The notes beneath the pieces were generated by a model. That model searched no databases. It had not been told where the DNA came from and saw only the letters and a program-made list of their open reading frames with translations. From a virus (lineage: Duplodnaviria > Caudoviricetes), in IMG/VR virus record IMGVR_UViG_3300043567_000458: DNA of 64,000 bases; one strand, written 5' to 3'. A program made the position numbers and the translations under genes. Shown piece after piece: positions 18,765 through 27,041 of this stretch. Positions within the stretch are counted from its first letter, which is position 1; every line of letters starts with the position of its first letter.

Positions 18765-18862
18765 CCCTACTCGATCTAGGGTTATATTTGAATTTGGTTG
18801 ACAACCCAGCCAATCTGTCATATAATACACACATAGCAACAAACAAACAGTAGGAGCGATAT

Positions 18863-19069
18863 ATGACAATAACAGTAGCACACATGATCCAGGCATTGCA
18901 GGCATTGCCTCAGGACGCAGAGTTGGTAGTAACCGAGAGCGGTTACTACTGCTATGGCGAGTTGGCAACTATCATGTTGCCAGAAGCCTACACCATAGAA
19001 GGTGAAGACGAAGAGGTTGCCCGGGGCACACAAGTCTACCGCATTGGTCACAGTCACCAAAGCTACTAG
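18863..19069 (+). CDS. Hypothetical early protein
   Basis: Own promoter and AGGAGCGA RBS. Confidence 0.75.
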   Translation: MTITVAHMIQALQALPQDAELVVTESGYYCYGELATIMLPEAYTIEGEDEEVARGTQVYRIGHSHQSY

Positions 19070-19150
19070 TCCAATAACCCGGGTGGTTGACGGGTTATCC
19101 AAAAGGTGTTATAATACACACATAGTAACAAAGCAATAGGAGCGAACCAA

Positions 19151-19537
19151 ATGGCTAAAGTAAATTATGACAACTTTGCCTCGTTTGACATTAACGAGTG
19201 CTGTGACTACTTTGACAGCGAGAAGCAGAGCAACTGGAAGAAGATCGGCAAGTTCATCGTAGCAGACGGTCAGGACTACGTGAACATTATGGAGCAGGAG
19301 TTCGACTTTGAGGACACAGCAGACGGTGAGTATGCGGCCTTTGACGCAGGCGTCAAGTATGCACTTACAAAGATGAACATTGCCTTTGAGGCCGCAGGCT
19401 TGGACCTTCAGATCTGCTCTGTGGACCTGGTAGAAAGCATGGGATTCGTGTTAGTGCGCACTGACGATGAGCCCGAGGATTTCGTCAAGCGTGTGCTGAA
19501 AAAGCCCGTGATGATGGTAGAAAGCTGGGTGGACTAA
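19151..19537 (+). CDS. Hypothetical acidic early protein
   Basis: Own promoter and AGGAGCGAA RBS. Confidence 0.8.
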   Translation: MAKVNYDNFASFDINECCDYFDSEKQSNWKKIGKFIVADGQDYVNIMEQEFDFEDTADGEYAAFDAGVKYALTKMNIAFEAAGLDLQICSVDLVESMGFVLVRTDDEPEDFVKRVLKKPVMMVESWVD

Positions 19538-19650
19538 TTGCCAACGTGTCAACCCTACCACTAGACCCTGCAACTCGCCTGGGCACTTCGTGGGGTTGAC
19601 ATCGAGGCTTTTTGGTTGTATAATCAACACATAGCAACAAAGGAGCGGCA

Positions 19651-19761
19651 ATGGTTAAACTGATTGGATGGATCGCTGTTACATGGTTCTTGTTCCACTT
19701 TGGCATTGCCCAGGCTCTCCTGCTGTGGACTGCAGGCATAGGCACTATCATATTTGGTTGA
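19651..19761 (+). CDS. Small membrane peptide (36 aa; not in ORF track)
   Basis: Hand-translated MVKLIGWIAVTWFLFHFGIAQALLLWTAGIGTIIFG; own promoter and AGGAGCGG RBS. Confidence 0.65.
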   Translation: MVKLIGWIAVTWFLFHFGIAQALLLWTAGIGTIIFG

Positions 19762-19811
19762 CAGTTTGGTAAAACGGTAGTATAATTAACACATACACAC
19801 AAAGGACACAT

Positions 19812-20159
19812 ATGACTATCACAGCAACTCCAGAGCAGATCCCCATGATCGTAGCCGAAGCTGAATTCGCTGCCCACGCCGCAGCTGATCAATACTTTCG
19901 CCAAGAGCTGGGCGGCAGGGATCAATTCGCATGCGGCTTTGCCTGGGTGAAGATCTACGGTGTCAAGGGCAACACCAAGTTGGGCCGGGCCTTGAAGGCC
20001 GCCGGGATCCGTCCTTCATACTCAGGCGGCTTAGAGATGTGGAATCCATCCAAGTTTGGATGCCAGAACGTGGACACGCTGGAAGCAGGTGCTAGAGCAG
20101 CAGCCGGTGTGTTTGAGAAGTATGGCTTTGAGGCCTATGCGGGAAGTAGGTTGGATTAA
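19812..20159 (+). CDS. Conserved phage hypothetical protein (CGFAWV motif)
   Basis: Own promoter; AAGGA RBS. Confidence 0.8.
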   Translation: MTITATPEQIPMIVAEAEFAAHAAADQYFRQELGGRDQFACGFAWVKIYGVKGNTKLGRALKAAGIRPSYSGGLEMWNPSKFGCQNVDTLEAGARAAAGVFEKYGFEAYAGSRLD

Positions 20160-20228
20160 CCCTAGTGGTTGACAGGTTATCCAAAAGACGCTATAATTAA
20201 CACATACACAAACACACAAGGAAACACA

Positions 20229-20414
20229 ATGACAACTAATCAAGCAATGTTCGTATTCATCGCAGGACTCTTGCTCACCCTGGGTGCAGTAGGTGGTGTA
20301 GAGGCCAGCGTAGATGCAGAGCAACTCACAGGTTCATTGTTGTTGGCAGTGTTGGGCCTCCTAGGCATGTATGCGGGCACATTGGGTTTCCGTAACGCAC
20401 ACTACTTCGACTAA
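20229..20414 (+). CDS. Small membrane protein
   Basis: Two TM helices; own promoter; AAGGA RBS. Confidence 0.7.
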   Translation: MTTNQAMFVFIAGLLLTLGAVGGVEASVDAEQLTGSLLLAVLGLLGMYAGTLGFRNAHYFD

Positions 20415-20415
20415 C

Positions 20416-20730
20416 ATGGAAGCACTGAGAGAGATCACAGGGGGCCAGTTCCCCGCCCACATATACCTTGTAGATGGCACGAATCTAGTATCGTATATCA
20501 AACAGGGCGAAACCGAAGCCTTCTACTTCAAGAATCCCATCAAAGGATTTGACAAGAGAGGCCGTAAGTTTGAACCAGTAAAACCCAATCCATTCACAAC
20601 GAAGAAAGCATCAAATGCAAAAACAGTCATTGGTAGTAGTGGGCAAGTATACACAGTCACTGAAGACTCGTGTAGCTGTCCCGGCTTCACGTATAGAGGT
20701 TCCTGCAAACACTTGGGCCAACATGATTGA
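20416..20730 (+). CDS. SWIM zinc-finger protein
   Basis: C-terminal YTVT...CSCPGF...CKH SWIM motif. Confidence 0.75.
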   Translation: MEALREITGGQFPAHIYLVDGTNLVSYIKQGETEAFYFKNPIKGFDKRGRKFEPVKPNPFTTKKASNAKTVIGSSGQVYTVTEDSCSCPGFTYRGSCKHLGQHD

Positions 20731-20748
20731 ATACCTGCGAGGTGTAGC

Positions 20749-20973
20749 ATGATCCGGCTAGAAGGCTTATCCAAACAAGACGTGCAGATCTGCACACTGT
20801 TGTGGAACTGTGACACAGTAGAAGCAGTAGAGGTATTGGTCAACGCCATGCCCGCCGCATATAAACAACGTGCTGTGACCATGCGTGAGCTAATGACAGC
20901 AGCACAACTAGATACCATAGAGGACATTGATGAAGATATCACTGCTTATCTGCAGCATATTAGTAGCCGCTAG
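20749..20973 (+). CDS. Hypothetical protein
   Basis: GAGG RBS. Confidence 0.65.
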   Translation: MIRLEGLSKQDVQICTLLWNCDTVEAVEVLVNAMPAAYKQRAVTMRELMTAAQLDTIEDIDEDITAYLQHISSR

Positions 20974-21142
20974 CACAGTAACGGGCTGCGCTACACACGA
21001 TCGCAGGGATGCGCCTTGGGATCCCAATCTGAGGAGGGGTCAGAGCCTGTTCGATCAGATCCCCAATTGGGAAGGTTCAGCTCAGAAGATATGTTGCGGA
21101 CATCTTCGAAGCTGCGGTCCGGGACAATCGCCGAGGTGTTGA
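20930..21142 (+). CDS. Putative small lipoprotein
   Basis: Signal peptide with lipobox VTG-C; Cys-rich C-terminus. Confidence 0.6.
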   Translation: MKISLLICSILVAASTVTGCATHDRRDAPWDPNLRRGQSLFDQIPNWEGSAQKICCGHLRSCGPGQSPRC

Positions 21143-21299
21143 GAGGTCAGGTGGTGGTCATGGTGGGGTGGCCGGTTATGCATGTAGTGTTGTATAATAG
21201 CAACAGTAGTGGTAGCAAATCACCACCCTGAAATGATAAGTAACTCACCCAAATTTTTTACGCAGCTGGTTTTTTTCAACTTCAAACTCTTTTTCTACT

Positions 21300-21569
21300 A
21301 TGAATCATTCCTTACAACACAGAGACCTTGCAGGCCATCATCTCTCACCCGGAGATCATTGCCTAGTCACTGAACACAATAGAATCATCCTAGCCCGTGT
21401 CTTAAAACTCTATGATGCCAGCAATCAACTACAGTTACAGCCATTATCCAGTGATGCAGGTGGCCGTAGAAGCCGACCCAGTCAAAAACCCATTAGGCGA
21501 GAGTGCTACAATGTGTATAAGATTGCTGATACAGAGATCACCATGAGCATACTACGAGGGGCCATTTAA
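21300..21569 (+). CDS. Hypothetical protein
   Basis: 89-aa ORF. Confidence 0.55.
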   Translation: MNHSLQHRDLAGHHLSPGDHCLVTEHNRIILARVLKLYDASNQLQLQPLSSDAGGRRSRPSQKPIRRECYNVYKIADTEITMSILRGAI

Positions 21570-21624
21570 AAAACTGCGCAGGATTTTTTTAGGTGCATAG
21601 ACCCATTTCAGCTGTAAATACAAG

Positions 21625-21819
21625 ATGCCTAACATCTATCACTTTCTATCACTGTCACCCGCTCCCTTGTTCTTTCTAGGGTTTATATACAGCATCTTCA
21701 ATCCCATGCACATATGCAGTTCTTGGCCCTATGAAATGGCAGTGATGTGGTTTGTGATGTTTCTAGCACACCTAACACCGTGGCTCATATGGTTCAAGCA
21801 GCGCAACTTTACCAGGTAA
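21625..21819 (+). CDS. Small membrane protein
   Basis: Two TM helices; TAAATA 4 nt before the ATG. Confidence 0.6.
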   Translation: MPNIYHFLSLSPAPLFFLGFIYSIFNPMHICSSWPYEMAVMWFVMFLAHLTPWLIWFKQRNFTR

Positions 21820-22032
21820 ACTAAAGCAGCAGTGATATGCACCTTGTATGACTGCCCATGATTCCCAGTAGTATATTGACAGTATGTCCGGTCTATCTTG
21901 GGGACACCATACTAGATCGTGTATGCGTATCACACCCATGGGACCTTGTATTTCCACTGTGGTGTTGTATTCACCTGTGCTGGCAATCAGAGTTAGCATA
22001 TGTGTATATAGCTGGTCACGTAAATAACTCAT
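21772..22032 (-). CDS. Hypothetical protein
   Basis: 86-aa ORF convergent with the 21625 gene. Confidence 0.4.
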   Translation of the reverse strand: MSYLRDQLYTHMLTLIASTGEYNTTVEIQGPMGVIRIHDLVWCPQDRPDILSIYYWESWAVIQGAYHCCFSLPGKVALLEPYEPRC

Positions 22033-22265
22033 GCGCTATAATTTGATATTGCCCAGTGGTGCGATTATTTCATTTAATCTGCTGAGCTGTGCTGAAATAT
22101 ATCGTCGTGCTTTGGGCGGGCACATAGAGCAGGTAGAGCCCAAAACATAGACTGTAAAAAATCTTGCGCTGTGTGCTTTGCACAAAAAAAATTTTGCGCT
22201 GCGCTTCGCAAGGAATAATCTCCACCTTGATCCCTATGGATAATTAAGCGTAGCAAGGATCGTTA

Positions 22266-22874
22266 ATGGAAATTTTAAATTTATTCCCCACAGCAGTTTT
22301 ACAAGATAATCTAGGCAAAGATTTCACTGATGCTGAGCAGGCATCGTTTTCTAAACTTCAGTCCCAAACAAGAGGCAATGCTGAAAACACCACCAGCATT
22401 AGTTCTGAAATTTTAGAACGTCCTGAATTTGCAGCGTTAAAACAGTTTTGTTTAGACAAGACCAAGTTCTACATGAAAAACATCCTTGCTGTGCCGGATA
22501 CTGTGGAACCTTACATCACACTGAGCTGGTTGAATTTTACCAACAAAGGTCAACAGCACCATAGGCATGCTCACAGCAACAGCATTTTGAGCGGAGTGTT
22601 TTATATCCATGCCAAAAAAGACATGGACAAGATTCATTTTTTCAAAGATCGATACGTGGCCATTGACCTAGGATCAACTAGTTATAATCCGTTTAATTCA
22701 GAAACTTGGTGGGTTCCTGTGGGCACAGGAGACATTGTTATATTCCCGTCGTCGTTGTGTCACGGTGTTATACCAACAAACAACGATCACACTCGCGTCA
22801 GTCTAGCATTTAATGTGTTTGTTCGAGGGGAGATTGGCAGTAGAAGCGATCTAAAATGGTTGAATATCAAATGA
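22266..22874 (+). CDS. 2OG-Fe(II) oxygenase (TIGR02466-like)
   Basis: WLN, HAHSNSILSGVFY, IFPSSLCHGV and RVSLAFN motifs. Confidence 0.85.
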   Translation: MEILNLFPTAVLQDNLGKDFTDAEQASFSKLQSQTRGNAENTTSISSEILERPEFAALKQFCLDKTKFYMKNILAVPDTVEPYITLSWLNFTNKGQQHHRHAHSNSILSGVFYIHAKKDMDKIHFFKDRYVAIDLGSTSYNPFNSETWWVPVGTGDIVIFPSSLCHGVIPTNNDHTRVSLAFNVFVRGEIGSRSDLKWLNIK

Positions 22875-22908
22875 CCTGTATAGTTGATTCTAGAAGATAA
22901 ATATCTGT

Positions 22909-23118
22909 ATGAGCGAACAATTCCTATTACCCATGGCCCGCAACATGATTACCGGGCAAACTGTGAAAAATCAAGATCTCACTGGCGACAGATTCACGCA
23001 GCGTCAACGTGTGTTAGCCGAAGACATGGCTGCGCAGTTGGCGCAACGAATGACAGCTAGAACCGGTGAAACGTGGCAGGGCTTTGTAAAACTGTATACC
23101 CCATCAGTTCGCAGTTGA
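22909..23118 (+). CDS. Hypothetical protein
   Basis: TAAATA 5 nt before the ATG. Confidence 0.7.
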   Translation: MSEQFLLPMARNMITGQTVKNQDLTGDRFTQRQRVLAEDMAAQLAQRMTARTGETWQGFVKLYTPSVRS

Positions 23119-23556
23119 TTATCTGTAGAGATAGTTCACTGTATCAGCGTTTTCTCTAAAAACTTCTGCACCGTTTTTCAAGTGGAATCTACGAGCCATT
23201 TCAGTCTTGGGACTCAGAGTCACATAGGTATTGATCTCAGGCTGCTCACGTTGGATTTCCCGCTGTGCTTCTTGAATCAATCTACGCCCTGCACCTGCAG
23301 CATATGACCATATGGTATAGAACACAGCAGTATTGGTGTTTACTGCAAGATCTGCTAGATCATCGACATCCTGCGGAATCTCACTGAGAAACTTCACACA
23401 GGTCACTGCTAGGGGTTGTTGTGTTTGATCATCCCTCAGCACAAAAATTCGAGAATTGTTGTTGACTCGAAACTCTGCAGGCAGTTCGGGTCTTACTGGA
23501 TCGTCTTTGATTAGATCAAGCAGGTTATCTCTAAGGTCTGTGATGATGTGTAGCAT
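23119..23556 (-). CDS. GNAT-like acetyltransferase-fold protein
   Basis: FYTIWSYAAGAGRRLI (GxG-type loop) and TLSPKTEMARRFHLKNG (motif B-like). Confidence 0.55.
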   Translation of the reverse strand: MLHIITDLRDNLLDLIKDDPVRPELPAEFRVNNNSRIFVLRDDQTQQPLAVTCVKFLSEIPQDVDDLADLAVNTNTAVFYTIWSYAAGAGRRLIQEAQREIQREQPEINTYVTLSPKTEMARRFHLKNGAEVFRENADTVNYLYR

Positions 23557-23628
23557 GATGGGTGGTTCCTATTATATGCGTATTTATTGATATCGGTGTG
23601 ATTTGGCGGTTTTTGTCAAAATCACATG

Positions 23629-23657
23629 TTGACTGTTAGTATATTATACAGTATAAT
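23629..23657 (+). promoter_or_regulatory. sigma70-type promoter for the BI-1/YccA gene
   Basis: TTGACT-N17-TATAAT. Confidence 0.75.
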
Positions 23658-23688
23658 TAAATATACAGCAACCACAAAGGAGTTCAAA

Positions 23689-24387
23689 ATGTTCGGAACA
23701 AATTACACAGGCGGGGACGTATTAAGTTACCGCTCAGCAGAACAAGTCAACGCAGCCATGGGCCGTGTCTACGGACACATGAGTCTAGCAGTCATAGTAT
23801 CAATGTTGGTGAGTTTTTGGGTGGGCACCACACCTGAGCTGCTGCAATTCTTCTTCACAGGTGTGCTAAAATGGATCGTGATCTTTGCACCCCTGGCCGC
23901 CATATTTGGCGTCAGCTATGTGCTAGGTAACAATCCCAGCAAAGGTGTAGCGCAGTTATGCCTACATGGTTTTGCGGCCTTGATGGGCTTGAGCTTTGCA
24001 ATGATTTTTGCAGTGTTTACCATGGGCAGCATTGTTAGTGCATTCATGGGAGCAGCCGTCTTGTTTGCCGTGATGAGCGGATATGGATACTTTACCAAAC
24101 AGAATCTAGACAGCATGGGCAAGTTCATGTTTGTGGGTTTGATAGCCATCATCATTGCCAGCATTGTTAATATCTTTATTGGTAGCACAGTCATGCAGAT
24201 GGTGATCTCAGCATTGGCAATTGTCATCTTCCTTGGACTAACTGCCTACGACACACAAAAGATACGTGAAATGGTTTCAGTGGATACCAGTGATGCGGTA
24301 GAAGTATCGGGTGCATTGACCCTTTACATGGACTTTATCAACCTGTTCCTAAATCTCTTGCAGTTGTTCGGCGATAGAAAAGACTAG
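23689..24387 (+). CDS. Bax inhibitor-1/YccA family membrane protein
   Basis: Seven TM helices; MGRVYGHM, YDTQKI and ALTLYMDFINLFLNLL motifs; AAGGAG RBS. Confidence 0.9.
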   Translation: MFGTNYTGGDVLSYRSAEQVNAAMGRVYGHMSLAVIVSMLVSFWVGTTPELLQFFFTGVLKWIVIFAPLAAIFGVSYVLGNNPSKGVAQLCLHGFAALMGLSFAMIFAVFTMGSIVSAFMGAAVLFAVMSGYGYFTKQNLDSMGKFMFVGLIAIIIASIVNIFIGSTVMQMVISALAIVIFLGLTAYDTQKIREMVSVDTSDAVEVSGALTLYMDFINLFLNLLQLFGDRKD

Positions 24388-24641
24388 TCCAGCCTGTGCC
24401 AATCGGGCCACGTTGAACGCCATATCAGAGCAAACTGGGTCAACATCGACCCAGTTTCAAAAACCACAGTAATGATATTATGTTGTCTGGTTTCTGTAAA
24501 TCTAATCCAAGGATAACAGCGCCGTATAGATCTCAATCCTGACCTGATTCTCTTGATCCTACTCCACCGTCGATGAGGCAAGATCAAGTCCGTGGTTCTA
24601 GGATTGAAAACTATTGATACTGAGTCCAAAATTGTATCCAA
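24384..24641 (-). CDS. Hypothetical protein
   Basis: 85-aa ORF. Confidence 0.5.
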   Translation of the reverse strand: MDTILDSVSIVFNPRTTDLILPHRRWSRIKRIRSGLRSIRRCYPWIRFTETRQHNIITVVFETGSMLTQFALIWRSTWPDWHRLD

Positions 24642-24808
24642 AAATACATGCCGATGACTATCACAGCAAACTCTATACGCTCACGCCAATATCCTCTAGG
24701 ACGCTGTGATTTTTCTACTGTCGCAGGTTGAGGTTCTGGACGTTGCTGCGCCAGCTTTAAGGGCTGGCTCTTAGTCCAAGGCGGTCTAGGTTTATCTGGA
24801 AAAATCAT
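24611..24808 (-). CDS. Small protein with C-terminal TM helix
   Basis: Coupled to the upstream gene. Confidence 0.5.
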   Translation of the reverse strand: MIFPDKPRPPWTKSQPLKLAQQRPEPQPATVEKSQRPRGYWRERIEFAVIVIGMYFWIQFWTQYQ

Positions 24809-25668
24809 TTCCCGGGAGCGATACGATTAGCAATGCGCTTCTGTGTACCGTCTACTTTTTCTCTGAGATTAATAACTTCGTCTCGGAGTTCATTGCCGTG
24901 ATCCTGGCATTCTTGTAGATGATCACCTAGGCTGTCTGCTAGTCCTGCTAGAGCACGGATTTCTAACTTGTTGATTTCTGCTGCTTTGAGTAGAATATCG
25001 GTTTCAGTTTCCGATGCGGTTACACGCTCTGCATTACCGTCTGCGGTAGATGCCTTCATCGTGCGATCTAGTTCGCCATCAAACCAGACTGCATTCTCGT
25101 TGCTGATGTCATCACAGTGTTCTACCATCAGCTCGTTGACAGCATAGAAACGCTCTGACACATCTCCAATAGCACGGATAGCTGCTGCCATTTCTTTGAT
25201 GATCTCTACCATTTCTTGATTGACATGATTACGATGATGTAGATAATCCAGTTTAGTTTTGGTAATCATCGAATCCTGGAACAATGCCTGTTGTGGATTC
25301 TGTGGTTGTAGCTGTGTCAACATCATCATGCGATTACGATAGACATCGTCTGTGGTACGCATAATCAGCTCACGATTGCCGCCAGCATTGATGGTATAGC
25401 TCTGCATAGCATCAGTAACATTTTCTTCGACAATCGATCGTGCTACTTGTACCTGGGCTACATTGAACTGTACCAGAGCTTCTGAATCCCAGGCACGTCG
25501 AGTATTACGAGCAACCAGTTCTTGCTGTCTGCGGATCTGATCAGGATCCTGAGAACGGCTTTCGCGCTCTATACGTAGGAATTTTAGTTCTTCTTGCAGC
25601 TCACGAATCGTGTCGTGATCCGTTTTGTTTTCTACAGGGGCTGCTTCCTGCTTTTTGATTCTGGCCAT
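24805..25668 (-). CDS. Helical/coiled-coil hypothetical protein
   Basis: 287 aa; AGGAGA RBS. Confidence 0.75.
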   Translation of the reverse strand: MARIKKQEAAPVENKTDHDTIRELQEELKFLRIERESRSQDPDQIRRQQELVARNTRRAWDSEALVQFNVAQVQVARSIVEENVTDAMQSYTINAGGNRELIMRTTDDVYRNRMMMLTQLQPQNPQQALFQDSMITKTKLDYLHHRNHVNQEMVEIIKEMAAAIRAIGDVSERFYAVNELMVEHCDDISNENAVWFDGELDRTMKASTADGNAERVTASETETDILLKAAEINKLEIRALAGLADSLGDHLQECQDHGNELRDEVINLREKVDGTQKRIANRIAPGK

Positions 25669-25726
25669 CTAAATCTCCTTTGGGTTGATTTAGGCCTAGC
25701 TCAGATCGCCTCACACGCAGGGATAT

Positions 25727-26437
25727 TTAGTCGAGTATATTAGTCTGCTGTTCTAAACTGAGTTCTTGATCTTCCAATTCACGGATCTTGTCTGTGATTT
25801 GATCTATCAGTCCTAGATTGCGCAGGATCTTAAACACCACATTTTCCACCGAGTATTCCCCAGCACGATCAAGCCCAGCTCGGCGCATGGTAGTAATCTT
25901 GTCTTTGACGGTTCTCAGCTTGTCGAGATCTTTTGACAGCAGAGCCTGTTCTATCTGCGAGAGCATGCTGTCTTTTTTAGCTTCCACTGCTTGATCGTCT
26001 AGATCAGGTTCTGTCTTCTGAGGCTTGAGAATCCATGTGTTATTGACCACGCTGTAGACACCTGTGCTGTGATGTGTTTCTGATTCACCTTGCACATAAC
26101 ATTCCACAGGCAGGCCTTTGACAGTGATATCATGGTATTCTGCCCACAGTGCCTTTTTTGCTGAAAACAGCTCTCTTTGTGCATCTGAGACTTCACCTTC
26201 AATGATCACATGTAGATCAAGGTCGCTGTATTTGCTCCAGGTATAATTGGCATTTGATCCAGTTATGGTGTAGTCTTTGACATCTAGATCTACACCCACA
26301 AAATCCACAAATGCACGAGCAATCTGCAAGAGTTTAAGACGAACTTCACCGTCCAGTCTCCCGCCTTGCCATAGCTTGGGATTCAGCTCTGAGTTTACCG
26401 TGACAAAATCTGTTTGGGAAAATTCTCGCAGTCGCAT
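25727..26437 (-). CDS. Pol-beta superfamily nucleotidyltransferase
   Basis: ITGS-NANY...SDLDLH (hGS...DxD) motif plus a third acid in VECY. Confidence 0.8.
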   Translation of the reverse strand: MRLREFSQTDFVTVNSELNPKLWQGGRLDGEVRLKLLQIARAFVDFVGVDLDVKDYTITGSNANYTWSKYSDLDLHVIIEGEVSDAQRELFSAKKALWAEYHDITVKGLPVECYVQGESETHHSTGVYSVVNNTWILKPQKTEPDLDDQAVEAKKDSMLSQIEQALLSKDLDKLRTVKDKITTMRRAGLDRAGEYSVENVVFKILRNLGLIDQITDKIRELEDQELSLEQQTNILD

Positions 26438-26438
26438 A

Positions 26439-26798
26439 TCAAACTCCGTAGCGATTACGTTTAACCACAGCTACTGTGCTCTGTGTATTAACATTGTTTG
26501 TTTCTTCTGAGCCTTTACCAGTGACTTCTTGACTAGGTGCACCCATTAGTTTTTCGGCGCTGCGTCGAATTGCTGCGTCGCCTTCTGAATAGTCCACCGT
26601 GATAAAGTTACTGCCTAGAGGACCTTCCTGATCCATCGTGGATCCTGGACTGCCAGCCATAGCCACACCCATTCTATAGGCTAGATAGGGATTATTATTG
26701 TTGTCTAGATATGTGTTTTTACGGAGACTGCTGATACTAGCCTTAGCACTTTTACGTAAGGGTTTTGTAGTCTCATTGATAAACTCTTTTGCTCGCAT
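26439..26798 (-). CDS. Hypothetical (possible virion internal) protein
   Basis: MRAKEFINE N-terminus; TAAATA 4 nt before the ATG. Confidence 0.75.
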   Translation of the reverse strand: MRAKEFINETTKPLRKSAKASISSLRKNTYLDNNNNPYLAYRMGVAMAGSPGSTMDQEGPLGSNFITVDYSEGDAAIRRSAEKLMGAPSQEVTGKGSEETNNVNTQSTVAVVKRNRYGV

Positions 26799-26801
26799 CC
26801 A

Positions 26802-27041
26802 TTATTTAGCCCACATTAAGTGATAAGCTAATAGTGTTTGCTGATCGTAGAATTCTGCTACGAGCTTGAAATCGTCGTTGAGTTTATCTACAACTAACTG
26901 ACATTTTTCTTTGGGCTGTTTATTGATCCAATTTATTAGATCTACTCCTACAGTTTTATGTACTTTGGGCCAGTCTACTTCTATTATATCTTTACCGTTG
27001 CGTGTGTGCCAATGATAAAGTTCAAACCTACTACTCTTCAT
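26802..27041 (-). CDS. Hypothetical protein
   Basis: Overlaps the helicase end. Confidence 0.6.
   Translation of the reverse strand: MKSSRFELYHWHTRNGKDIIEVDWPKVHKTVGVDLINWINKQPKEKCQLVVDKLNDDFKLVAEFYDQQTLLAYHLMWAK

Larger units (their letters stand above)
4776..20197 (+). promoter_or_regulatory. Series of 22 sigma70-type early promoters (TTGAC[ATG]-N17-[TC]ATA[AC]T)
   Basis: -35 boxes start at 4776, 5541, 5963, 6337, 6778, 7567, 9593, 10277, 11500, 12890, 13738, 14219, 14751, 16109, 16572, 16833, 17263, 18798, 19087, 19596, 19758 and 20169. Each was counted to a -10 box 17 nt downstream. Most are preceded by GG and many have an extended -10 TG. A weaker one lies at 9146. Confidence 0.92.

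Noticed and set aside
4776-20197. CRISPR array or integron suggested by recurring GGTTGACA repeats
   Set aside because: The repeats are promoter boxes with variable internal sequence, spaced by whole genes. No cas or integrase gene and no attC-like structure were seen.
7370-20942. Numerous minus-strand and alternate-frame ORFs in the early region (e.g. 7770..8198, 10360..10938, 15802..16296, 19485..19925)
   Set aside because: They are shadows of plus-strand genes that have promoters, RBSs and recognisable motifs.
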